Of a stretch of 64,000 bases of DNA, positions 29,201 to 37,502 are shown one piece after another. The notes below the pieces were generated by a model. That model had not been told where the DNA came from, searched no databases, and saw only the letters and a program-made list of their open reading frames with translations. Position numbers and translations under genes: made by a program. The DNA is taken from the NCBI GenBank assembly GCA_046292385.1, contig JBKBRF010000006.1, positions 1-64,000 on the forward strand. Reading direction: 5' to 3'. Numbering within the stretch: position 1 is the stretch's first letter; every line of letters begins with the position of its first letter. The DNA is from Armatimonadota bacterium (GTDB lineage: Bacteria > Armatimonadota > SYMT01).

Positions 29201-29568
29201 TGATCAACGAGTACGCCGGCTCCGGCGGCGACGCGATGCCTTGGTACTTCCGCAAGCTCAAGGTGGGGCCGCTCATCGGAAAGCGCACCTGGGGCGGGCT
29301 GGTCGGCATCGGCGGCTACCCCACGCTGATCGACGGCGGCTCCGTCACGGCGCCGCACTTCGCCTTCTGGAATCCCGAGGGATCGTGGGAGGTGGAGAAC
29401 GTCGGCGTGGCGCCGGACATCGAGGTGGAATTCGACCCGCAGGCGTGGCGCCAGGGCCGCGATCCGCAGCTCGAGAAGGCGATTCAGGTGGTGATGGAGG
29501 ATCTCCGCAAGAACCCGGTCACCCAACCGAAGCGGCCCGCCTACCCGAACTACCACCAGCGGCGGTAA
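26296..29568 (+). CDS. Tricorn protease homologue (S41 family), exported
   Basis: Beta-propeller W/FSPDGK repeats, YRGG, PDZ-like domain, DERFNGGG, AGSGGD and RTWGG. Confidence 0.95.
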   Translation: MKRVLGVASVLLAAAGVVSAQDRSAPLLLQEPAVSKDLICFVFAGDLWTVPRGGGDARRLTVGPGSERTPHFSPDGKQIAFTGEYDGNVDVYVVPAEGGVPQRVTYHPLADRLAGWHPDGKRVLFASYRHSYSGFTRLFTAPVDGTHAEEVPLPMAEEGSYSADGKHLAYVPLRRSFSSWKRYRGGTATPVWLADLSDSSIQKLPRTDSNDFEPMWVGEKVYFLSDRDGPVTLYSYDTKSKKVAKAIKNDGLDIKSASAGPGAIAYEQFGRLHLYDLKSGDTKPVEVRLTGDLPEVRPRFEKVRDEIRGFSISPTGVRVVVEAHGEILTVPTDKGDPRNLTETPGAAERDPTWSPDGKWIAYFSDEGGEYQLHLKDQTGRRELRKLALDDAPSYFYGPTWSPDSKKLAYTDRRLNLCYLDIETGKRTKVDTNTYDDWGMMQTWSPDSKWLAYVKLLKSGMGAVFVHSLADGTSRQITDGMSDAAFPTWDRGGKYLYFAGSTDIGPTLGFIDMSSRFNRPYTRSIYVAVLRNDEPSPLAPESDEEKVTETPAEPKPGAETEIAVRKAADGGDGAVRIDFENLDQRILALPIVPRAYSAMQAGKPGVLFIAESAPVGAVGVNGRTLHRFDLKTRKTDRFLDGIVGFEISHNREKLLYLTPGGGRAAVVSTAQPPSPGAGTVNLESLEVRVDPRAEWRQMYREVWRIQRDFFYDPNHHGLDLKATSARYEPYLENLATRADLNYLFREMLGELTVGHLYVSGGATPEVQRVPGGLLGADYTVENGRYRFSRIYEGENWDPQLRAPLTQPGVNVKVGEYLLAVNGRDLSGSDNLYRHFEGSANKQVSLRVGPNADGTGSREVTVVPIASEVALRNRSWIESNRRKVNELSGGKLAYIYLPDTGLGGYTAFNKYFFPQADKDGAVVDERFNGGGAAADYIIDYLRRPLLSVWSSRYGEDVTTPGSLIRGPKAMLINEYAGSGGDAMPWYFRKLKVGPLIGKRTWGGLVGIGGYPTLIDGGSVTAPHFAFWNPEGSWEVENVGVAPDIEVEFDPQAWRQGRDPQLEKAIQVVMEDLRKNPVTQPKRPAYPNYHQRR

Positions 29569-29679
29569 AAGAGGGCGAAAGGGAAGGTGGGGGAGTGGGA
29601 GCGAATTGGCCTCACTCCCCCGCGTTACTTGTTCGCTTCTGCCAGCGTGGTCGCGGGTGATGAGATCAGGAGAGCCCAG

Positions 29680-31512
29680 ATGTCGGTGAACCTTAGTGCC
29701 CGTCCGTCCCCTCGGAGCTCAGGTATGCGAGGCAGGCTGACTACGCTCGCTTCCGTGTGTCTCCTCTGCCTCTCGGCGGCGATCGGCGCCTCCGCAGGCG
29801 GGGCGGCCGGGCGCGCTGCTGCAAACCGTGCGCAGGCGGGTGGCGTCGAGCCCGCGTCGGAGCCAGGGAAGTACGGCGGCACTCTGACGACCTCCTCGAT
29901 CTCCTCACCCAAGACGTTCAATCCGATCCTGGCGACTGAGACGTCGTCCACCGACATCCTGGACCAGCTCTTCCTCTCGCTGAACACGCTTAACTACGCC
30001 ACGCTGGAGTGGACGCCGAGCATCGCCGAGCTGCCGGAGATCAGCGCGGACGGGCTCACCTACACCTACCGCCTCCGCGAGGGACTCAAGTGGAGCGATG
30101 GGCAACCGCTTACCGCAGACGACGTGGTCTTCACGGCCGGCGTCGTCTTCGATCCGGAGACCGAGACTTCCCTCCGCGAGGGAATGCTCATCAGTGTTCC
30201 GCAGCCAAACGGCACCTTCAAGCGCGAGCCATTCCGGGTTACCAGGATCGATGACCGGACGGTCCAGTTCAAGCTGCCGGTCAAGTTCGCGCCGGCCGAT
30301 ACGGTCTTCGCCTTCCCGATCATTCCGAAGCACAAGCTGGAGGGTGCGTACCGGGCTGGCCGGTTCAACGCTAGTTGGCCGGTGGGTACGCCGGTCTCCC
30401 AACTCGTGAGTAGCGGAGCCTGGGTCATTTCCGAGTACCTTCCGGACCAGCGGGTGGTACTCACCCGTAACCCGCACTCTTGGCTGAGATCCGACGACGG
30501 CAAGCCACTACCTTTTCTGGATCGCTGGACCATCGCTATCCTGTCGGACTTTAACCAGGCCGGTCAACGGTTCTACGCCGGGCGGCTCGACGTGCAGGCT
30601 GTGCCGATTTACCAATACGAAGAGATTAAGCGAGGAGAGGCGACCGGGAACTACCGGGTCGTCAACGCTGGGCCCGGATGGGGCTTCAACTACCTGGGGT
30701 TCAACCTGAACCCGAACGCGGGCATCGACAAGAACCTTGTAAAGCTGTTCCAGGATGTACGGTTCCGCCGCGCCATCTCACATGCAGTGAACCGCAAGCG
30801 GATAGCCGACGAGGTCTTCGCCGGCCTCGCGCGTCCTCTCTACGGCCCCGTGTCGCCCGCCAACCGGCAGTTCTACGATCCCGCCATTCCCAAGTTCACC
30901 TACGATCTGAAGAAGGCGCGCGCACTGCTGGACCAGATGGGATTGAAAGACTCGAACGGCAACGGCATCCGGGAATTTCGCGGCAAAGACGTGAAGTTCA
31001 CCATCCTCACTAACGACTCGAACGCCTTGCGGGTCGCGATGGCCTCGATGGTGGCGGAGGATCTGCAACACATCGGTCTCAACGCGCTCCCCATGGGGAT
31101 CGACTTCAACGCGCTAGTGACGCGCCTCGACGCGCCGCCGTACCGCTGGCAGGCTACTGTGCTCGGCTTTACCGGCGGGCCGGAACCATACGCGGGCAGC
31201 AATATCTGGCTCAGCTCGGCCCCGCAGCACCAGTGGTGGCCGCGGCAGGCAAAGCCATCGACGCCCTGGGAAGCGGAGATCGACCGCATCTGGGGCCAGG
31301 CGGCCCAGGAGCTCGATCCGGTGAAGCGAAAGGCGCTATACGACCGCTGGCAGCGAATCACCGCGCAGCAGCAGCCCTTCATCTTCACTGTGGTCACCGA
31401 CGTAGTCTTCGCGGTCCGCAATCGACTGGGGAACGTGAAGCCTACTTCGTTGGGCGCGGTGTGGAACTCGGAGGAGATCTTCGATCGCACCGCGACTCGC
31501 GATCGTCCCTGA
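29680..31512 (+). CDS. ABC substrate-binding protein, family 5 (peptide/nickel)
   Basis: PKTFNP, LREGLKWSDGQPLTADDVVFT and FRRAISHAVNR. AGGAG RBS before the ATG at 29680. Confidence 0.9.
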   Translation: MSVNLSARPSPRSSGMRGRLTTLASVCLLCLSAAIGASAGGAAGRAAANRAQAGGVEPASEPGKYGGTLTTSSISSPKTFNPILATETSSTDILDQLFLSLNTLNYATLEWTPSIAELPEISADGLTYTYRLREGLKWSDGQPLTADDVVFTAGVVFDPETETSLREGMLISVPQPNGTFKREPFRVTRIDDRTVQFKLPVKFAPADTVFAFPIIPKHKLEGAYRAGRFNASWPVGTPVSQLVSSGAWVISEYLPDQRVVLTRNPHSWLRSDDGKPLPFLDRWTIAILSDFNQAGQRFYAGRLDVQAVPIYQYEEIKRGEATGNYRVVNAGPGWGFNYLGFNLNPNAGIDKNLVKLFQDVRFRRAISHAVNRKRIADEVFAGLARPLYGPVSPANRQFYDPAIPKFTYDLKKARALLDQMGLKDSNGNGIREFRGKDVKFTILTNDSNALRVAMASMVAEDLQHIGLNALPMGIDFNALVTRLDAPPYRWQATVLGFTGGPEPYAGSNIWLSSAPQHQWWPRQAKPSTPWEAEIDRIWGQAAQELDPVKRKALYDRWQRITAQQQPFIFTVVTDVVFAVRNRLGNVKPTSLGAVWNSEEIFDRTATRDRP

Positions 31513-31519
31513 ACGCAAC

Positions 31520-31555
31520 TCGTGGAGTCTCCAACGACAGCCGGAGACTCCACGA
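31520..31555. terminator. 13-bp hairpin between convergent genes
   Basis: TCGTGGAGTCTCC...GGAGACTCCACGA. Confidence 0.6.
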
Positions 31556-31563
31556 CGGTTCTC

Positions 31564-33093
31564 TCATCCGCCAGCCAACCGGGAGACGGTGGCGAAGTGC
31601 TCCTTCAGGCTGCCGTAGAGGCCGCGGTAGACCGGGTAGTAGCGGTTGTAGGTCGCGGCGCTCCCCGGATCCGGCGTGGTGCTGTCGGTGACGCGGATCG
31701 TGGCGCGGCACGCCTCTTCGACGGAGCTCCAGGCACCGGTGCCCACCCCGGCGAGCAGCGCCACCCCGAAGGCGGGGCCCTCGTCCACGTTGATCGTCAC
31801 GTGCTCGCGGCCGGTCACGTCGGCCTGGATCTGCCGCCAGAGCGGGCTGCGGGCGCCGCCGCCGCTGGCGCGCACCTGCCCGATCGGCACACCCATCTCC
31901 GCCAGGATCTCGAACGAGTCGCGCAGGCCGTACGCCACTCCTTCCAGCACGGCACGCGCCATGTGGCAGCGGTCGTGCCGCAGCGTCAGGCCGAAGAAGA
32001 CGCCCCGCGCGTCCGGATCGGGGTAGGGGGTCCGCTCCCCGGTCAGGTACGGCAGGAAGATCAGCCCCTCGGAGCCGGCGGGCGCCCGCTGCGCCTCCTC
32101 CGCAATGAGCTGGTAAGGATCGATCCCCAGGGCGCGCGCCACGTACATCTCCGCCCCGGCCAGCGTGTCCCGGTACCAGCGCAGAGACCCGCCCGCGGAG
32201 AGCATCACGCCCATCTGGTGCCACTTGCCCGGGACGGCGTGGCAGAAGGTGTGGAGGCGGAGCTGCGGGTCGACCGCCGGCTCGTCCGAGAAGGCGAAGA
32301 CGACGCCGGAGGTGCCGACGGTTGAGGAGATGATCCCCCGCTCCACGATGCCGTTTCCGACCGCCCCGGCGGCCTGGTCGCCGCCGCCGCCGACCACCGG
32401 CGTCCCTTCCCTCAGGCCGGTCGCCGCCGCGCCCTCGGCACTGATCCGGGCGCTCGGCACCTGCGACTCGAAGCACTCCGGCATCCAGTCCGACGGTACC
32501 TCGATCGCGTCGAGCAGCTCGGTCGCCCAGCGCCGCTCCCGCACGTGGAACATCGCCGTGCCGGAGGCGTCGGAGACCTCGGTCGCGTAGGCGCCGGTCA
32601 GTTTGAGCCGCACGTAGTCCTTCGGGAGCAGCACCTTGCGGACGCGGGCATAGGTCTCCGGCTCGTGATCGCGCAGCCAGATCACCTTCGGGGCGGTGAA
32701 CCCGGTCAGCACCGGGTTGCTGATCAGCTCGACCACCCGCTCCGCACCGACCATCCGCGTGATCCACTCGCACTGCGCCGCCGTGCGCTGGTCGCACCAG
32801 AGCAGCGCCGGCCGCAGCACCTCGTCCCGCGCGTCCAGGAAGACCGAGCCGTGCATCTGCCCGGAAAGCCCGACGCCCTTTACCTCGTCCGCGCTGATTC
32901 CCGCCTTCGACAGGACGGCGCGGACCGTCTTGCACGAGGCATCCCACCAGTGGCGCGGGTCCTGCTCCGCCCAGCCGGGGCGAGGGGTGCTGAGGGGGTA
33001 TTCTTCCGTGGCAGTGGCGAGCACCCGGCCGCTCTCGTCGATCAGAAGCGTCTTGGTGCCGGAGGTGCCGATATCGATTCCAAGCAGGGGCAT
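31564..33093 (-). CDS. xylB: Xylulokinase (FGGY family)
   Basis: LGIDIGTSG, SGQMHG, LWCDQR, SDASGT, GGGDQ, FCHAVP and FLPYLTGERTP. Confidence 0.9.
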   Translation of the reverse strand: MPLLGIDIGTSGTKTLLIDESGRVLATATEEYPLSTPRPGWAEQDPRHWWDASCKTVRAVLSKAGISADEVKGVGLSGQMHGSVFLDARDEVLRPALLWCDQRTAAQCEWITRMVGAERVVELISNPVLTGFTAPKVIWLRDHEPETYARVRKVLLPKDYVRLKLTGAYATEVSDASGTAMFHVRERRWATELLDAIEVPSDWMPECFESQVPSARISAEGAAATGLREGTPVVGGGGDQAAGAVGNGIVERGIISSTVGTSGVVFAFSDEPAVDPQLRLHTFCHAVPGKWHQMGVMLSAGGSLRWYRDTLAGAEMYVARALGIDPYQLIAEEAQRAPAGSEGLIFLPYLTGERTPYPDPDARGVFFGLTLRHDRCHMARAVLEGVAYGLRDSFEILAEMGVPIGQVRASGGGARSPLWRQIQADVTGREHVTINVDEGPAFGVALLAGVGTGAWSSVEEACRATIRVTDSTTPDPGSAATYNRYYPVYRGLYGSLKEHFATVSRLAGG

Positions 33094-33220
33094 GGTTCTC
33101 TCCGCGGTGAGTGTCGATGTCCACCGCAGAGGTTCAGCTGCGGGGGAAGAGGTCCCTGCCCGCACCCACTCGTACTCCCACTCCTACTCGTCCTCCTATT
33201 CAGAGAGGGAGAGCAACCGG

Positions 33221-33357
33221 GCGGTTGAAACCGCGGCAACGACGGCACGAAGTCCCCCTGCGGGGACTCAGCAGGGCCTGGCTCGGGCGTCCGGAGGACG
33301 CGTGGCGGCAGGCCGAGTAGCGAGGTATTTCAATGCCTCGCGGGTTGCCGGACAGCC
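33221..33357. repeat. Composite REP-like palindromic element, copy 3
   Basis: Same two modules, with compensatory change AGTCCCC/GGGGACT. Confidence 0.88.
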
Positions 33358-33406
33358 AGCCGGACAACCGGAGAACCCCCCAACCCGAAATCCGTCGGAC
33401 AGGCAG

Positions 33407-33814
33407 CTACACCAGCGGCTTGGCCCAGTTCAGGATGTCCTGGGCGCAGCGCAGGTGGATGCGCGCGGAGGTCTTGTCGTAGAGCTGCGCGGGGACGCCG
33501 TCGACCGTCTCCGGATTCCGCGTGGCCATGAACTCCGGATTCAGCTCCGCGGCGGCGTTCATGATCTCCACCGGCGCGTTGAGCGAGTTGGCGAACTGGA
33601 TCAGGTTGTGCCCCTTAGGGGAGCGCTTCTGATGGTCGGTGATCGCGGCTTTCAGCGCCTTCTCCGCCGCCTGCTGGCTGAAGAAGACGCTGGCGTAATA
33701 GACCCCGGCGTCGAGGAGGGTGGTGGCGGTGGCGAGATCCGCGCGGGCCTGCGCCCAGAAGGCCATGGCTTCCTTGCGGAAGTCCTTCATTTCCGGTTCG
33801 GGTTCGCGCTCCAT
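33407..33814 (-). CDS. HEPN domain protein (stand-alone)
   Basis: W..A..DL..A, FFSQQAAEKALKA, GHNL and TRNP. Confidence 0.82.
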   Translation of the reverse strand: MEREPEPEMKDFRKEAMAFWAQARADLATATTLLDAGVYYASVFFSQQAAEKALKAAITDHQKRSPKGHNLIQFANSLNAPVEIMNAAAELNPEFMATRNPETVDGVPAQLYDKTSARIHLRCAQDILNWAKPLV

Positions 33815-33857
33815 CGCCCGCCTTCGGTCCTTTCTCGTGGTCTCTACTTATTAAAGA

Positions 33858-34997
33858 TTATCGGTTCCGGCCAGCCTGAAACACTTCGATCAACCGGCGC
33901 GCTGCGTCGGAGACCAGCGGGCCGGCGCCGCTCATCGCGCGCTCGAGGCTCATGGGGCCGGGAACGATCGAGGCGATTCCGCTGATTCCGGCCGCGCGGT
34001 AGTCGCCGATGTCGGAGCCGAGAGAGCCGCCCAGCGCGAGCACCGGGACCCCCGCGCGGCTCGCCCGCGCTCCAATTCCGGTGAGCGTCTTGCCGAAGGC
34101 GGTCGTCTGCCGGTCGATCTTCCCTTCGCCGGTCACAACCAGTTCTGCCCCCTGCAGGTGGCGGTCGAACCCTACACAGTCGAGCACCAGCTCCACGCCC
34201 CGCTCCATCCGCGCGCTCAGGAAGGCGAGGAAGGCGAAGCCGAGGCCGCCGGCCGCGCCAGCGCCAGGAGCGGTGCGCCAGTCTTTACCGGCCGCCTCCG
34301 CTGCCACGTTGGCGAGGTTACCGAGCGCGTCGTCGAGAAGACGAATGTCCTGGGGGCTGGCGCCCTTCTGCGGGCCGTAGACCGCCGCGGCACCCTGCGG
34401 TCCGGTCAGCGGGTTGGTCACGTCGCAGGCGAGCACGATCTCGCGGCCGGAAGGCAGCTCGAACGAGCCGCGCTCGATGCGGTGGAGGTCGAGGAGCGCC
34501 GCGCCTCCCTGGGGGAGGTGCTGCCCGAGCGAGTCGAGCAGCCGGAGGCCCAGTGCCTGCAGCATTCCGGCCCCGCCGTCGGTGGTGGCGCTGCCGCCGA
34601 GGCCGACCACGATCCGCGGGCGCTCCGTGGCGAACGCGGCGCGCAGGAGCTGCCCCGTGCCGTAGGTAGTGGCGAGCAGCGGGTCCCGCTCCTCTTCCGC
34701 CACCCGGGAAAGGCCGGAGGCCTCCGCCATCTCGACGAAGACTGTCTCGCCGTCGCCGAGCAGTCCCAGCCGCGCCTCGACCGGCTCGCCGACCGGCCCG
34801 ATTACCGTCTTGACCTGGTACTCGCCCCCGGTGGCGGTGACCAGTGCTTCGAGCGTCCCCTCGCCGCCGTCGCCGACCGGCAGCTCCACCAGCTCCGCCT
34901 CCGGCAGCGCCTGGCGCGCGCCCTCCGCCATCGCGCGGGCGACCGCCGGCGATTTCAGGCTGCCCTTGAAGCTGTCGGGCGCGAGGAGGATCTTCAT
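33858..34997 (-). CDS. glxK: Glycerate kinase (GlxK/GarK family)
   Basis: APDSFKGSL, DGGEGT, GGSATTDGG, DVTNPL, GPQKGA and TGEGKID. Confidence 0.92.
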   Translation of the reverse strand: MKILLAPDSFKGSLKSPAVARAMAEGARQALPEAELVELPVGDGGEGTLEALVTATGGEYQVKTVIGPVGEPVEARLGLLGDGETVFVEMAEASGLSRVAEEERDPLLATTYGTGQLLRAAFATERPRIVVGLGGSATTDGGAGMLQALGLRLLDSLGQHLPQGGAALLDLHRIERGSFELPSGREIVLACDVTNPLTGPQGAAAVYGPQKGASPQDIRLLDDALGNLANVAAEAAGKDWRTAPGAGAAGGLGFAFLAFLSARMERGVELVLDCVGFDRHLQGAELVVTGEGKIDRQTTAFGKTLTGIGARASRAGVPVLALGGSLGSDIGDYRAAGISGIASIVPGPMSLERAMSGAGPLVSDAARRLIEVFQAGRNR

Positions 34998-36319
34998 GGG
35001 GTCTGCCCGGTGAGGTAGCTGGCAAAGACCAGGATGAAGTCGTAGAGCGCGTGGACGATGCAGGCGGTGGTGGTGTTCGTCGCCCGCCGCACCAGCCCCA
35101 GCACCGTGCCGATCAGGAAGACGATCAACAGGCCGTCGAACCCGTACTGGAACGCGTGGAGGCTGGTGAAGAAGAGGTTGGGGAGCAGGATCCCGAGGCG
35201 GGGCTGGAGCACGCCGCGCACCGCCACCTCTTCGCTGATCCCGGCTGAAAGCCCCAGGATCACCGCGCCGAGCGGGCTGATCGCCGGCGCCAGGATCTTC
35301 TCGAAGGTCTCCTGATCGGTGCGCGGGAGGCCCATCCGCTCCCAGAGCTGGAAGAAGAGCGGCTCGGTCAGCAGCAGCACCCCGGCGAGCCCGACCGCCA
35401 CCCCGATGCCGAGCGCCACCTGCCGCCCGGTGGGCCGCACCAGGCCGAGCCGCTCCAGCGCCTCGCGCCAGGTGCGGGTGACGAGAAACCCGACGGCGAC
35501 CATGCTGGCGGGGACGGTCCAGAGCACCATGTAGACCATGGAGCTGAACAGCTCTTGCGGCCCGGTCACGAAGGCGCTCTCACCGCGCTTGATCAGCTCC
35601 AGCAGCACCGGGTTTCCACCGGTAGCGATGAGCTGCCCGAAGAACATCACCACGCCGCCGAGCACCAGGGAGAGCGCGATGGCGTGCACGTGGCTGCGCG
35701 GATCGAACGGAAGCACTCCTGCCAGCAGGCGACGGACGGCGGGCATCAGCACCAGACCGGCCGCTACGACTCCCAGGAAACCCCAGGCGGCAGCGCCCGC
35801 AAGCACCGGCCAGTTCGGCGACAGGGCGGGGGACACGGCCGAGGGAGGCGGCAGAAAGGTCAGGAACACCATCAGCGCCGGCGTGGCCGCCATACTCAGC
35901 ACCATCGAGGCATGCCAGAGGTAGGCGAGCACTACGCCCCAGGTCCGCTGCACACCGATGTAGGCGAGAAATCCGAGCAGGGCGAACGGCGTGATCTGGA
36001 CGAAGACGCCAAAGTACCCCATCAACCAGGCCGCGCTCTGCTCCGCCATTGCGTGGAGCACGGCGGCCATCAGGCCCACGGCGAGCATCACGAGCAGCCA
36101 GCGGCCGACGACTCTCGAGCTCGGGGAGGGCTCCAGGTGTGCCAGGCGCCAGACCGGCGCGATCGGCGGGTGGACCGCTTCCTGCAGCTCCGCGAACTGG
36201 AAGCTCTGCTCGTGCAGCGCCGGCGCCTCGTACCTCGGTAGCGCCGCTCCGTCGCCCGTCAGGACACCGGATTCGGAGTGCGTCTCGGCGCGCTCGGTGG
36301 GGTGGGGAGACTCTGACAT
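34994..36319 (-). CDS. CPBP (CAAX/Abi) intramembrane glutamic endopeptidase
   Basis: EEVAVRG, FTSLH and HALYD. Multi-TM N-terminal extension. Confidence 0.88.
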   Translation of the reverse strand: MSESPHPTERAETHSESGVLTGDGAALPRYEAPALHEQSFQFAELQEAVHPPIAPVWRLAHLEPSPSSRVVGRWLLVMLAVGLMAAVLHAMAEQSAAWLMGYFGVFVQITPFALLGFLAYIGVQRTWGVVLAYLWHASMVLSMAATPALMVFLTFLPPPSAVSPALSPNWPVLAGAAAWGFLGVVAAGLVLMPAVRRLLAGVLPFDPRSHVHAIALSLVLGGVVMFFGQLIATGGNPVLLELIKRGESAFVTGPQELFSSMVYMVLWTVPASMVAVGFLVTRTWREALERLGLVRPTGRQVALGIGVAVGLAGVLLLTEPLFFQLWERMGLPRTDQETFEKILAPAISPLGAVILGLSAGISEEVAVRGVLQPRLGILLPNLFFTSLHAFQYGFDGLLIVFLIGTVLGLVRRATNTTTACIVHALYDFILVFASYLTGQTP

Positions 36320-36325
36320 CGACGG

Positions 36326-37339
36326 TTAGCTTCCGGCCGGCAGGCTGACGGGACGACCCTCGCGGGCGGAGCGGTAGGCGGCCTCGGCGACGATCACATT
36401 GCGCAGCCCGTGCCGGCCCGTGACCGGCGGCGGCGTGCCGTCGAGCGCTGCGTCGACGAAGAGTGACAGCTCGTGCCGGACCGGGTCGTCGTACTCCAGG
36501 CTCCCGATGCGGGTCTCGACCGGCGTCTCGCCCGGGCGCGCCAGCGTGATCGTTCCGTCCGCGGAGAAGCCGCCGCGGTACTGGAGGGTGCCTTCGGAGC
36601 CTTCGACGCTGCCGGAGAGATCGCCGAGCGCCGAGACCATGCTGGAGTGGAGGAGTCCCAGCGCGCCGCTCCGGAACCGCAGGGAGACGAAGGCGAGGTT
36701 CGGGTAGTCGCAGCCGTCTTCGCCGAAGTGCTCCGCCTCGGCGTAGACCCGCTCCACTTCGCCGCCGATCTCGCAGAGGAAGTCGATCTCGTGCGCGTTG
36801 ATCTCCATCAGGAGCCCGCCGGACAGCTCCCGGGAAGCACGCCAGCCCCGCGCGGCCGCGCCCCAACCGCCGCCCACCCGTCGCACGGAGATGCTGCGCG
36901 GGTTGCCGAGGTCGCCGCGGCGGACCCGCTCCAGCACGTAACGCCAGCACGGGTAATAGCGCAGCACCTGTCCGACCATCAGCGTCACCCCCGCGGCGTC
37001 CGCGGCGTCGAGGATCGCCTGGGAGTCGGCCGAGCTCGGCGCCAGCGGCTTCTCCACGAAGAGGTGCTTGCCGTGCGCGGCGGCGGCTTCCGCGAGCGGG
37101 CGGTGCAGGAACGGAGGGGCCGCGATAATGACGGCGTCGACATCGTCCCGTGAGAGAAGCGCGTCGGGATCTGCGTGCGCGGGCACCCGGAGCTGCTCCG
37201 ACGCCTGCGCGGCCGCCGCGGCGTCCACGTCCGCCACACCTACCAGCGCCGCGCGCTCCAGCTCCACCAGCTTCGAGCCGAGGCTGCGGCCCATCACGCC
37301 GCAGCCGAGCAGCGCCACCCTGAGTCGCTCTCGGGCCAT
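36326..37339 (-). CDS. Cytoplasmic Gfo/Idh/MocA family oxidoreductase
   Basis: LGCGVMG, FVEKPLA and EINAHEID. Confidence 0.9.
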   Translation of the reverse strand: MARERLRVALLGCGVMGRSLGSKLVELERAALVGVADVDAAAAAQASEQLRVPAHADPDALLSRDDVDAVIIAAPPFLHRPLAEAAAAHGKHLFVEKPLAPSSADSQAILDAADAAGVTLMVGQVLRYYPCWRYVLERVRRGDLGNPRSISVRRVGGGWGAAARGWRASRELSGGLLMEINAHEIDFLCEIGGEVERVYAEAEHFGEDGCDYPNLAFVSLRFRSGALGLLHSSMVSALGDLSGSVEGSEGTLQYRGGFSADGTITLARPGETPVETRIGSLEYDDPVRHELSLFVDAALDGTPPPVTGRHGLRNVIVAEAAYRSAREGRPVSLPAGS

Positions 37340-37502
37340 TCAGACTCCCGTCTCCGGGCGGGCAGCCGTCGCCCGCCGCAGTCTCGTTGTGTGCCTCTTT
37401 CGACGCGCGGCCCGCATCTCCTGCGGCGACCAAGCGGAAGAGCCGCGGGCATCACACCACGCGGCTCTTCCGCCATTCAGCATCGCTCGTCCGGGCCTCG
37501 CG

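Noticed and set aside
26308..29556. 1082-aa antisense ORF, and similar long ones at 6042-8474, 49617-52577 and 55085-58828
   Set aside because: They mirror well-supported genes on the other strand, as expected in high-GC3 DNA, and contain no recognisable motifs.
17179..33357. Repeats as a CRISPR array
   Set aside because: The copies are dispersed kilobases apart, with no regular repeat-spacer pattern and no cas genes.
37400..37425. GCAGGA-N13-CGTCGAA-like motif on the minus strand as a promoter
   Set aside because: There is one clear instance only, and I cannot assign a sigma factor.
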